A stretch of 43,549 nt of DNA, from the IMG/VR virus record IMGVR_UViG_3300040770_000007, positions 1 through 43,549 of that record. One strand, written 5' to 3'. This document shows, piece after piece, positions 36,637-43,549 of the stretch (its first letter is position 1; each line of letters begins with the position of its first letter). The notes under the pieces were generated by a model. That model ran no database searches. It was not told the origin of the DNA and saw only the letters and a program-made list of their open reading frames with translations. The position numbers and the translations under genes are program-made. The stretch is from a virus.

Positions 36637-36647
36637 AAAAAGAAAAA

Positions 36648-38168
36648 ATGAGCAAAACAAAAAGAATCACAGTACAAAAACCAAACGTGGAAAAGTTTGA
36701 TTTGATGAAAGTTGAAAACAAACAATTGATTCACGTTGGTGAATGGGAACAAAAATTGCAAAAGTTGGTGGACGAAAATCCATTTGTCGCCATTACGGAC
36801 AAAGAATCATATAATTTGGCAAAGTCACGAAAAGCGATTTTGAAAAACGCAAGATTGGAACTTCGCACAACCGGGAAAAAAGAAAGTCAAGAATCTATTT
36901 TGATGACAAGATTGAATGGAATCAAAGATTTCGTAAAAGACACGATCAATAATTTGGTTGCGATTCCTTCGATTCCGGAAGACTTGCAAGAACTTGAAAT
37001 CAATCGATATGATTTGATTTTGCAAGCGGAAAAAGATGAATCGGATCGTTTGGAAGGTTTGCGCGTTTATGCTATAAAAAACGAAATTGAAAGGGTGAAA
37101 AACGTGTTGTCAAGCGCAATTGAAAATTCAAAGTTTGAAACATTAGTGGACGACGAATTGGCGTTCAAATTATTAAAAAGCACGAATTTTGATTTTGCGG
37201 AATTCGATTTCCTATTCGATGAAATGATTGATGAAAAAACAAAAGAATTTGAATTGGCGGTGATTAACATCAAAAAATTAGAATCACAAAGGATCGACGA
37301 ATTGGAAGCAAAAATCGAAGCCAAATTGAATCAAATAATCATTGACGGACAACAATTGGTTGATGAAATTGACGGAACCATTAATGAAAAGCTATTGAAA
37401 CAAATGGTGTCCGGTATATTTCAAACAATGATTGATTGTGATGTTGAATTCGATCAAGGATCAATCGAAAAAATGGAATCGGAAAAACAAAAAGTGTTGA
37501 TCAAGGTTTCGGAAAAATTAACCCAATTAGAAAAACAAGAAAGTGACAGTCAGCGCGAAAGGATCTTGGAAGTTCGTGAAGGTTTGTTGGACATCATTTT
37601 TGATTTGACACCGGAAAAAATCGATGAAACCGTTGTTTATATCAATGAATCTTTGGATCAATCGGTGTTGCCGGAATTGCAACCGGAATTCGACAAAATG
37701 AAATTAAGAGTTGAAACGGCATTGAAACAAAAATTGGATTCCTTGGCGGATGAAATTGAAAAATCGAAACAAGACGCGATCGAATTGGAAAAGAAGGAAA
37801 AAGCGGAATTGGATCAAAGGGTGAAAAGAATTGAATCTATTGGATTATTTTTTGACGATTTAAGAAACGAATTGACCGGGTTTGATAGAGTTGTGACGTT
37901 GGAACAATTAAATTCATTGGATGACTTGGAAATGGACGAATTGGTTGTTTATTTATCACAAGCAAAGAAAGACGACCAAGACGAAAAAAACCGTCAAGAA
38001 CTATTGAAAGAAGACAAAGCAATGATGAAAAAATTGGTGGCGTCAATTGCAAAACTTCCTTCAATTGATACGTTTGGGAATAAAGAATCAAAAGATTTTT
38101 GGATCACACTTCAAAATGAGGTTGACGCATTCGTTGAAGGACTTCAAAAAGAAATAAACAATTTATAA
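36648..38168 (+). CDS. Large acidic coiled-coil protein (506 aa), function unknown (DUF1351-like impression at the N-terminus)
   Basis: E/D/K/L-rich composition. The family resemblance is weak and unverified. Confidence 0.75.
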   Translation: MSKTKRITVQKPNVEKFDLMKVENKQLIHVGEWEQKLQKLVDENPFVAITDKESYNLAKSRKAILKNARLELRTTGKKESQESILMTRLNGIKDFVKDTINNLVAIPSIPEDLQELEINRYDLILQAEKDESDRLEGLRVYAIKNEIERVKNVLSSAIENSKFETLVDDELAFKLLKSTNFDFAEFDFLFDEMIDEKTKEFELAVINIKKLESQRIDELEAKIEAKLNQIIIDGQQLVDEIDGTINEKLLKQMVSGIFQTMIDCDVEFDQGSIEKMESEKQKVLIKVSEKLTQLEKQESDSQRERILEVREGLLDIIFDLTPEKIDETVVYINESLDQSVLPELQPEFDKMKLRVETALKQKLDSLADEIEKSKQDAIELEKKEKAELDQRVKRIESIGLFFDDLRNELTGFDRVVTLEQLNSLDDLEMDELVVYLSQAKKDDQDEKNRQELLKEDKAMMKKLVASIAKLPSIDTFGNKESKDFWITLQNEVDAFVEGLQKEINNL

Positions 38169-38175
38169 ATTCATT

Positions 38176-38433
38176 ATGACTTCAAAACTATTAAAAATAA
38201 AATATGATTTGATAAAGTTATATTTGTGGAACGCGGTGTTTGCGTTGATCGGGATGTTTGTTTTTATGATGTTGAAAGACGATGAATTTGAACAAATGTT
38301 TTTTGTCATTTATTTTGGATCTTATATGATTTATAACTTTGTCAAATTTGGGTTTTTTTATATTCAGTACAAGGAATTTAAAATTCAATCCGGTATAATT
38401 AAAGAAAATAGAAAAAACCAAAATGACGTGTAA
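38176..38433 (+). CDS. Small membrane protein (85 aa)
   Basis: Two hydrophobic helices (LWNAVFALIGMFVFMML, FFVIYFGSYMIYNFVKFGFFYI). Confidence 0.55.
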   Translation: MTSKLLKIKYDLIKLYLWNAVFALIGMFVFMMLKDDEFEQMFFVIYFGSYMIYNFVKFGFFYIQYKEFKIQSGIIKENRKNQNDV

Positions 38434-38875
38434 ATTTCAACCGTCAACCGAATTCCCGGATGAATTAAGCCGTTCACAAAAAGGTTTTTCGGTTGACGTT
38501 TTAATTTATAGCGAAATTGAACGGGTTCACACAATAGGTTGGTATAATTTCAACCTTTTCAAATGGCATTTTTTAAACAATGAAGTCATCGCCAAGGAAT
38601 TCAAATGGCGATATTTCGAAATAGAATTGGATATTCCAAAAAAACAATTAAACAAACAAAAATCAATGGCAAAAGTAAATTCACCAACGGAAATCGAAAA
38701 TGGATATAAAATCGAAGCCGAATTAATAAGGGAAACAAAAGATTCGTTCTTTTTAGATTGCGAAGGGGATCCAACTTGGTTCCCAAAATCAAAAGTGATT
38801 TTCGATCCGGTAAAAAAACAAGTCGAAGTCCCTTTATTGTTGATGAAAGAAAAATTCCCAAATAAAAATTTTTAG
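38423..38875 (+). CDS. Hypothetical protein (150 aa)
   Basis: The C-terminal half (...FFLDCEGDPTWFPKSKVIFDP...VEVPLLLMKEK) resembles a motif common in small phage proteins of unknown function. Confidence 0.7.
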   Translation: MTCKFQPSTEFPDELSRSQKGFSVDVLIYSEIERVHTIGWYNFNLFKWHFLNNEVIAKEFKWRYFEIELDIPKKQLNKQKSMAKVNSPTEIENGYKIEAELIRETKDSFFLDCEGDPTWFPKSKVIFDPVKKQVEVPLLLMKEKFPNKNF

Positions 38876-38878
38876 TAT

Positions 38879-39145
38879 ATGAATTATTTTATTTATATAA
38901 TATTAGTTATCATTTTATTGTTCAATGTATGGATGTTTTTGAACTTCATTAAATGGATTGAAATGCTTTATGATAGAGTACAAAAACCGCAATGTCATTA
39001 TTGCGGTTGTGAAACTGAAATTGAATTCATTTGCGAAAAATGTGATGAATTTTATTGTGAAAAGTGTTCATCAACTTTTAATCAATTTACACAAATTGAC
39101 TACAATTGTTGTCAAAGTTGCGCGAATGCAAAAAACGAATATTAA
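38879..39145 (+). CDS. Membrane-anchored Cys-rich zinc-binding protein (88 aa)
   Basis: N-terminal transmembrane helix followed by CHYCGC...CEKCDEFYCEKC...CCQSC. Confidence 0.6.
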   Translation: MNYFIYIILVIILLFNVWMFLNFIKWIEMLYDRVQKPQCHYCGCETEIEFICEKCDEFYCEKCSSTFNQFTQIDYNCCQSCANAKNEY

Positions 39146-39162
39146 TTGTAAAAATTTTAATT

Positions 39163-39423
39163 ATGTACCCAACCGATTTTGAAGGATCAAACATAAATTT
39201 GGCAAAACCTTCCGGGATGACGGACGAACAATGTTTCAGTCTTCCGGCGGAAAAGAATGTGGATTCACAAGGTTTTGACTATTTTTTGACCGCTTGGATC
39301 CCAAACAAACAAGACATTGAAGCATTGGTCGCGGGACGACCTTTGTTTTTGAAAGTAATTGGACAAACACACCCGCCGTTGGCATTGTTTACGATAGACG
39401 AACACGGCGAAGGAAATTTTTAA
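39163..39423 (+). CDS. Hypothetical protein (86 aa, MYPTDFEGS...)
   Basis: I trimmed the start to the ATG after the upstream stop. The ORF-track start at 39106 would overlap the previous gene by 40 nt. Confidence 0.6.
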   Translation: MYPTDFEGSNINLAKPSGMTDEQCFSLPAEKNVDSQGFDYFLTAWIPNKQDIEALVAGRPLFLKVIGQTHPPLALFTIDEHGEGNF

Positions 39424-39426
39424 ACT

Positions 39427-39837
39427 ATGGATTTATTTAATTTAATATTGTCAGTATTTGACAAACACAACATCAAACCAAACGATTCATCAAAGATCAT
39501 TTTAGGATCCGATTTTGAAAAGGTAGCCAACGACATAATCGAATCAATAAAATATCGAAAACAAGAAAACAAAACAAATAAAATAAAAGTAAAAATGGAA
39601 AAAAGAAAACGCCCGTGTCAAGTGGACACAAAAAAATGGATCCCCGCAAGTGAAAGTCCTTCCGGGAAATCATTGAATAAAGACGTAAAATTTGACGGAT
39701 TGTTTCATGAATGGGGAAATGAAGCAGTTGAAGCCGGTGAACAAGGATTTGGAAATTTCACCGTTGCGATTGTTGAAGACGAATCCGGACAAATTCACAC
39801 GGTTAACCCGAACGACATTAAATTTTTGGACAAATGA
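39427..39837 (+). CDS. Hypothetical protein (136 aa)
   Basis: ORF whose stop overlaps the next start (ATGA). Confidence 0.7.
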   Translation: MDLFNLILSVFDKHNIKPNDSSKIILGSDFEKVANDIIESIKYRKQENKTNKIKVKMEKRKRPCQVDTKKWIPASESPSGKSLNKDVKFDGLFHEWGNEAVEAGEQGFGNFTVAIVEDESGQIHTVNPNDIKFLDK

Positions 39838-40382
39838 AAAACAAGATCTTAATTATTGCATTGATGGCACAATTCATTGGATATTCACAAAACACGTTGC
39901 ATTGGGACAAACAAGATTCACCGAAATATGTTTATTCAAGTTTGAGTGTTGACGCCAACAAAATATTCCAATTCAAGAAAAATTCGCGGACACAAGTTCA
40001 AAACAAAGGAATCGATTTTGATGTCGAAGTTGGAGCGCGTGACGGACACGTTGCCGTTTTCATTTATTACGGTAGATTTGAAGCGATAAAATATCAAAAC
40101 TATGGTGTTGGGGTGGATTATTTTATTCATTGGTTAAGGGATTCCGGAATTGAATTTTCAGTTGGTGGAATGTATGGATCCGTATTGCGGGAACTTCAGA
40201 CCGGGAACCAAGGTGAAACCGGTTGGGCGAATTATCTTGGATATTCCGCAAGGATCAAAACGATTTATTGGATCGTTGACAACGTCGGGGTTGAATTAAA
40301 ATTTCAGTATCAACAAAGAAATGACATACAAGTCCCCGGCGTTTATGAAGGCGCGATCGGGGTGATAATAAAGTTTAATTAA
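39834..40382 (+). CDS. Secreted small outer-membrane beta-barrel protein candidate (182 aa; functional analogue of Lom/OmpX-type proteins)
   Basis: Signal peptide MKNKILIIALMAQFIGYSQ. Alternating hydrophobic/polar strands rich in G/Y (GVGVDYFIHW, IEFSVGGMYG, VGVELKFQYQQ) with the C-terminal strand AIGVIIKFN. Confidence 0.5.
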   Translation: MKNKILIIALMAQFIGYSQNTLHWDKQDSPKYVYSSLSVDANKIFQFKKNSRTQVQNKGIDFDVEVGARDGHVAVFIYYGRFEAIKYQNYGVGVDYFIHWLRDSGIEFSVGGMYGSVLRELQTGNQGETGWANYLGYSARIKTIYWIVDNVGVELKFQYQQRNDIQVPGVYEGAIGVIIKFN

Positions 40383-40397
40383 TAAATAAAAATCAAA

Positions 40398-40676
40398 ATG
40401 ACAAAACCAAAAGGAAAAAGAACGCCGGGCGCGTTTGGAAGTGTAAAAGGGAAAAATTTATTGCAAGAACAATCGATGAAACGAACGGAAGTTTTGGCGA
40501 ATAATTTATTCCAAGCAATTGAAAAAACTTCAAATGAAGTTGAAGGCGAATTGACCGTGTCGGAAATGCTCGACGTATTATTGCGAATCGGTCACAATTT
40601 CAACAAACGCGCGTTGTTGTCAGAATTCGAAAGTGAAGCGATCGTCGTGGATATTAACCCAAAAACAAACACATAA
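40398..40676 (+). CDS. Hypothetical protein (92 aa)
   Basis: ORF in the array. No motif recognised. Confidence 0.6.
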   Translation: MTKPKGKRTPGAFGSVKGKNLLQEQSMKRTEVLANNLFQAIEKTSNEVEGELTVSEMLDVLLRIGHNFNKRALLSEFESEAIVVDINPKTNT

Positions 40677-41224
40677 TGACATTAGGATTTTCAACACATT
40701 TCCCGGAAGGAAAAACAACACTTTCCGGAAGACCGACAAAATTTGTTTCCAAAATTTGGAAATCAATTTCGGAAGACAATTTGGATTTTGACACGGATCA
40801 AGGAATGGACATTGGTTCCAAACTTGATCGCGAAGTCGTTGATTTGATTCATCACGTAAAACCAAAGCGACACACAATTCGACGTGATGAAAAGCAATTG
40901 TGGAAAGCCGGGAACAAAATTCATCCGGTCACGGACAATCGAACGCCGGAACGATTTCAATTTGCGCCAACTTTAGAATGTACCGGAAAAGAAAGAATTA
41001 TCATTGTTCACCCGGATATGAGGTCGGACAGATTTAAACCATTTGTTGTCATCAATGGGGAAAACATATTCCCGGAAGATCCAAGGATGAAAGAATTGGC
41101 GATCAATGACGGTTTTGATTCCGTTGAAGCCTTTTTCGATTATTTTGATGACTATTTCGAAGGATGGATCATTCATTGGACACCTATTCGTTATGCTGTT
41201 AACAAAATAGAAGTCAAATATTAA
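40676..41224 (+). CDS. Hypothetical protein (182 aa), possible ASCH/PUA-like fold
   Basis: The KRHTIRRDEKQLWKAGNKIH pattern recalls ASCH-like phage proteins. Unverified. Confidence 0.7.
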   Translation: MTLGFSTHFPEGKTTLSGRPTKFVSKIWKSISEDNLDFDTDQGMDIGSKLDREVVDLIHHVKPKRHTIRRDEKQLWKAGNKIHPVTDNRTPERFQFAPTLECTGKERIIIVHPDMRSDRFKPFVVINGENIFPEDPRMKELAINDGFDSVEAFFDYFDDYFEGWIIHWTPIRYAVNKIEVKY

Positions 41225-41235
41225 AACATAAAAAA

Positions 41236-41550
41236 ATGGATATAAATAAATTTATCAAAGAAAATTTGAATTGGATTGAATCTGAAAAAGGAACTTTAGA
41301 TTTCAATGGTATCAAAAGCGTTTTAAATGATTATAGTAAAGAATTATTAAATGAGAATTCAAAAAAAATTCAATTTAAAGTTCACGGAAATAATTTGGAA
41401 GAAAATAAATTTGAAGATCTAATAAGACCAATAATGAAATTTTTATGTGAAAACTATCATCCGCACGTCAAAATAATAATAACACCAACCAACGCGGTAT
41501 TATTGGAGGAATTAAAATCAACCGGGTACATTGACGAATATGTCCTTTAA
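41236..41550 (+). CDS. Hypothetical protein (104 aa) in an AT-rich patch
   Basis: ORF with visibly lower GC and atypical codons compared with its neighbours. Confidence 0.6.
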   Translation: MDINKFIKENLNWIESEKGTLDFNGIKSVLNDYSKELLNENSKKIQFKVHGNNLEENKFEDLIRPIMKFLCENYHPHVKIIITPTNAVLLEELKSTGYIDEYVL

Positions 41551-41561
41551 AATAAAAAATT

Positions 41562-41777
41562 ATGCAATCAACAAACAATCTTGGAATATTGGGCGAAGTC
41601 GTTCCGTTTACAATTGACGATTTAAAAAAAACTTTAGAAGATCCAAACATTGATCACGTCGATGTCTTCAAAGGAACGCCGGAAGAAATTGAACGTCGGA
41701 CAAAAATGATCGGGAAAAAATATTCTGTTAAAAAGAGGTTTCAGAAAACCGGATCAAATAAAAAAGGCAAAAAGTAG
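41562..41777 (+). CDS. Hypothetical basic protein (71 aa)
   Basis: Last ORF before the early-region terminator. Confidence 0.55.
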   Translation: MQSTNNLGILGEVVPFTIDDLKKTLEDPNIDHVDVFKGTPEEIERRTKMIGKKYSVKKRFQKTGSNKKGKK

Positions 41778-41816
41778 TTTTTTTTAATAAATTTACAAAA
41801 GCCATAATTAAGTAAA

Positions 41817-41857
41817 AACCCGGAAAAACATCGAAAGACAGTTGATCCGGGTTTTTT
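41817..41857 (+). terminator. Terminator-like hairpin ending the early region
   Basis: Stem AACCCGGA(41817-41824)/TCCGGGTT(41846-41853) with a long 21-nt loop, followed by a T-run. Confidence 0.5.
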
Positions 41858-41873
41858 GTATAAATTTGTAAAG
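41852..41873 (+). promoter_or_regulatory. Candidate late-promoter motif TTTTTT-NN-ATAAATTTGT-N-AAG (copy 1)
   Basis: 19 of 22 nt are identical to 935..956. It contains the -7-like TAAATTTG at 41861-41868 and lies at the early/late boundary upstream of ORF 41909 and terS. Confidence 0.3.
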
Positions 41874-41908
41874 GAAAACAAGTGTTTAACAATTTAAAAG
41901 ACTGAAAA

Positions 41909-42103
41909 ATGGGAAATTTCATCATTGACACAAGAATCAAGAAATTGGAAAGGATCAAACAAAATTTATTGACCTTAAAAAAAAGCAAACGTGGCGACGA
42001 ATTGACACAAGTCAATCAAATGATCAACCGATTAAAAGGTTGGAATATTGAATTGCAAAACGCGACGAAAGATCAATCAATAAAGGATCCAAAACCTAAC
42101 TAA
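41909..42103 (+). CDS. Small hypothetical coiled-coil protein (64 aa)
   Basis: The only ORF in the 41778-42442 gap. Its coding status is uncertain. Confidence 0.45.
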   Translation: MGNFIIDTRIKKLERIKQNLLTLKKSKRGDELTQVNQMINRLKGWNIELQNATKDQSIKDPKPN

Positions 42104-42442
42104 AAAAAAAGCCTTCAAAGTGTTCATATAGTGCAAAAATGTATTGTTTTTATTTAAAATAACGCATTCAATCGCCAAAAGAGTATCGGAATAAGCGGAA
42201 AGCGGAAACGCGTGAAATTTAGATCCAAATCAAAACAAATCATTGTCAATTGATTTTCAACAACTTATAAGGCGAAAAAAAAGAAAAACACCGCGAATTT
42301 TGACATTGTTTAACGTTATAGAAAAAAAACAATCGCAAATTGATCCGGATTTTTATTGCAAAGTATATTTTTAAATCATTAATTATCAACGAGTTTGTCA
42401 GCTATCACCACGGGGTGAAGACAAACCAAAATAAAAAATAAA

Positions 42443-42826
42443 ATGTCAAAAAAACCCACATTAAAAAAATTGATAGAATTGGCGGAAATTTACGCGGGTT
42501 GTGTGAACGACATCGCGACGGCGTGCAATGTAACAAGACAAACGATTCACGGTTGGCAACAAAAACATCCGGAATTCAAAGAAGCGATCGCAAGCGGGAA
42601 CGATGCGTTGGTTGATCTTGCAAAAGCCGGATTGCGTTATCACTTGGAACAAAAATCCGAAAAAACAATTCATTACACGTTGGATCGTCTTGGACGAAAA
42701 GAAGGATTCGGAATGATGTTGCAAGTCACGGACAAATCCAAATTGGACGAACAATTGGACGGAATGACGGAAGCGGAAATCCTTGCCGAAATGGAAAAAT
42801 CAATGTTGAGAATAAAAAAAGGATAA
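42443..42826 (+). CDS. terS: Terminase small subunit (127 aa)
   Basis: N-terminal HTH (DIATACNVTRQTIHGWQQKHPEF). It lies immediately upstream of terL, with 0 nt between its stop and the terL start. Confidence 0.7.
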   Translation: MSKKPTLKKLIELAEIYAGCVNDIATACNVTRQTIHGWQQKHPEFKEAIASGNDALVDLAKAGLRYHLEQKSEKTIHYTLDRLGRKEGFGMMLQVTDKSKLDEQLDGMTEAEILAEMEKSMLRIKKG

Positions 42827-43549
42827 ATGTTGGAAAGATCTGAAATTGTAAAGGCATTCAAGAAACAACGGAAAGCACACGGCGAATTGGCAAAACAAAA
42901 ATTGACGCATTTCGCCACGTTTATGAATCCGGAAATCGACATCGAATGGTTTCACAAAATAGTTTATGACGTTTTGGACGATTGGATCCACGGAAGGAAA
43001 AAGAAAGTCGCGATATTTATTCCGCCACAACACGGGAAATCAAATATGTCGTCGATCAACACGCCCGCAAAGATCCTTGGAATGAAACCAAAAGCGAAAA
43101 TCGTTGTGGCGTCCTATTCCGACAAGTTGGCGTCCAAATTCAACCGGGGTTGTCAAGACATTATGGATTCACCGGAATTCAAATCAATTTATCCCGGCGT
43201 GATCCTTCCGGCAAAAGGTGTTGAAATCACCAATGAGTTAAGAAACAACACCTATTTCGAAACGGTGAAACACAAAGGATTTTTCAAAGCGGTTTCGATC
43301 GGTGGATCATTGACCGGGGATCCAATTGATTTCGGTATCATTGACGATCCAATCAAAGACCGTAAACAAGCAAATTCAAAAACGTATCGCGACACATTGT
43401 GGAATTGGTACAACGACGTATTTTCAACACGTCTTCACAATAATTCATCCCAATTGATGTTGTTCACAAGGTGGCACGAAGACGATTTGGCCGGACGATT
43501 ATTCAATCCAAAGTCAGAGTTTTACAATAAGGACGAGGCGGACGAATGG
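42827..43549 (+). CDS. terL: Terminase large subunit, N-terminal ATPase half (runs off the window end and continues at 56..823)
   Basis: The hand translation gives Walker A FIPPQHGKS, Walker B IDFGIIDDP and the coupling motif FTRWHEDDL. There is no stop before the window end. Confidence 0.9.
   Translation, partial: MLERSEIVKAFKKQRKAHGELAKQKLTHFATFMNPEIDIEWFHKIVYDVLDDWIHGRKKKVAIFIPPQHGKSNMSSINTPAKILGMKPKAKIVVASYSDKLASKFNRGCQDIMDSPEFKSIYPGVILPAKGVEITNELRNNTYFETVKHKGFFKAVSIGGSLTGDPIDFGIIDDPIKDRKQANSKTYRDTLWNWYNDVFSTRLHNNSSQLMLFTRWHEDDLAGRLFNPKSEFYNKDEADEW
43495..43549. repeat. Terminal overlap, second copy (identical to nt 1-55)
   Basis: Direct comparison of the two window ends. Confidence 0.95.

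Noticed and set aside
42300-42322. TTGACA ... TATAGA, which resembles a sigma-70 -35/-10 promoter upstream of terS.
   Set aside because: The spacer is only 11 nt against the roughly 17 nt required, and the rest of the genome points to Bacteroidota-type promoters.
636-43224. Alternative-frame + strand ORFs nested in larger genes (636..1010, 1419..1604, 4261..4461, 7635..7832, 8599..8799, 11121..11327, 11838..12023, 12351..12596, 16279..16467, 38958..39182, 39692..39952 and 42982..43224).
   Set aside because: Each is fully or largely contained in a longer ORF with a recognisable product or better gene-array fit. Their K/R-rich or junk-like translations are typical of off-frame reading of A-rich coding sequence.
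1-43549. A recognisable defence, anti-defence, toxin-antitoxin, DGR/retron, DNA-modification or lysogeny system.
   Set aside because: I could not find reverse transcriptase, methyltransferase, integrase, nucleotide-modification or known anti-CRISPR/anti-CBASS-like signatures by eye. Many small early ORFs are of unknown function and could hide such activities, but claiming one would be unsupported without profile or structure searches.

Overview
The window is a complete, circularly closed, roughly 43.5-kb tailed-phage genome. Nucleotides 1-55 are identical to 43495-43549, and this overlap sits inside one ORF, the large terminase, so the unit length is 43,494 bp. I found no convincing minus-strand gene. 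About 65 genes are packed on the + strand, often with TAATG-type stop/start overlaps. The order is terS-terL, a morphogenesis module (portal, scaffold-like, capsid-like, 1102-aa tape measure, large tail-tip/fibre proteins, so siphovirus-like), a lysis cassette (holin, GH108 endolysin, candidate unimolecular spanin), then an early region. The early region holds a Cro-like HTH, RecT plus a YqaJ-type exonuclease, a DnaD-like and a DnaC-like loader pair, a RuvC-like resolvase, a NinG-like protein, SSB, a DnaQ-like exonuclease and many small unknown ORFs. I see no integrase, tRNA, CRISPR array or recognisable defence or anti-defence system. The host is probably a Gram-negative Bacteroidota. This rests on three early promoters that match the -33 TTTG / -7 TAnnTTTG consensus exactly, A-rich leaders with no Shine-Dalgarno sequence, a lipoprotein spanin and a secreted beta-barrel protein. 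The signals most worth a second look are listed here. (1) A 77-bp promoter-plus-palindromic-operator cassette present three times at the heads of the early operons. (2) A second 22-bp motif after two terminators that may mark late promoters. (3) A 20-bp repeat covering two GTG start sites. (4) An in-frame TAA three codons into a zinc-finger gene. (5) An abrupt codon-usage and GC shift in the distal two-thirds of the tail-fibre gene. (6) A phage-encoded outer-membrane beta-barrel candidate. (7) Strong over-representation of GGATCC/GATC together with NCG-codon preference. All product calls come from motifs I recognise by eye plus synteny. No homology search, RNA folding or statistics could be run, and most early and tail-tip proteins remain of unknown function.
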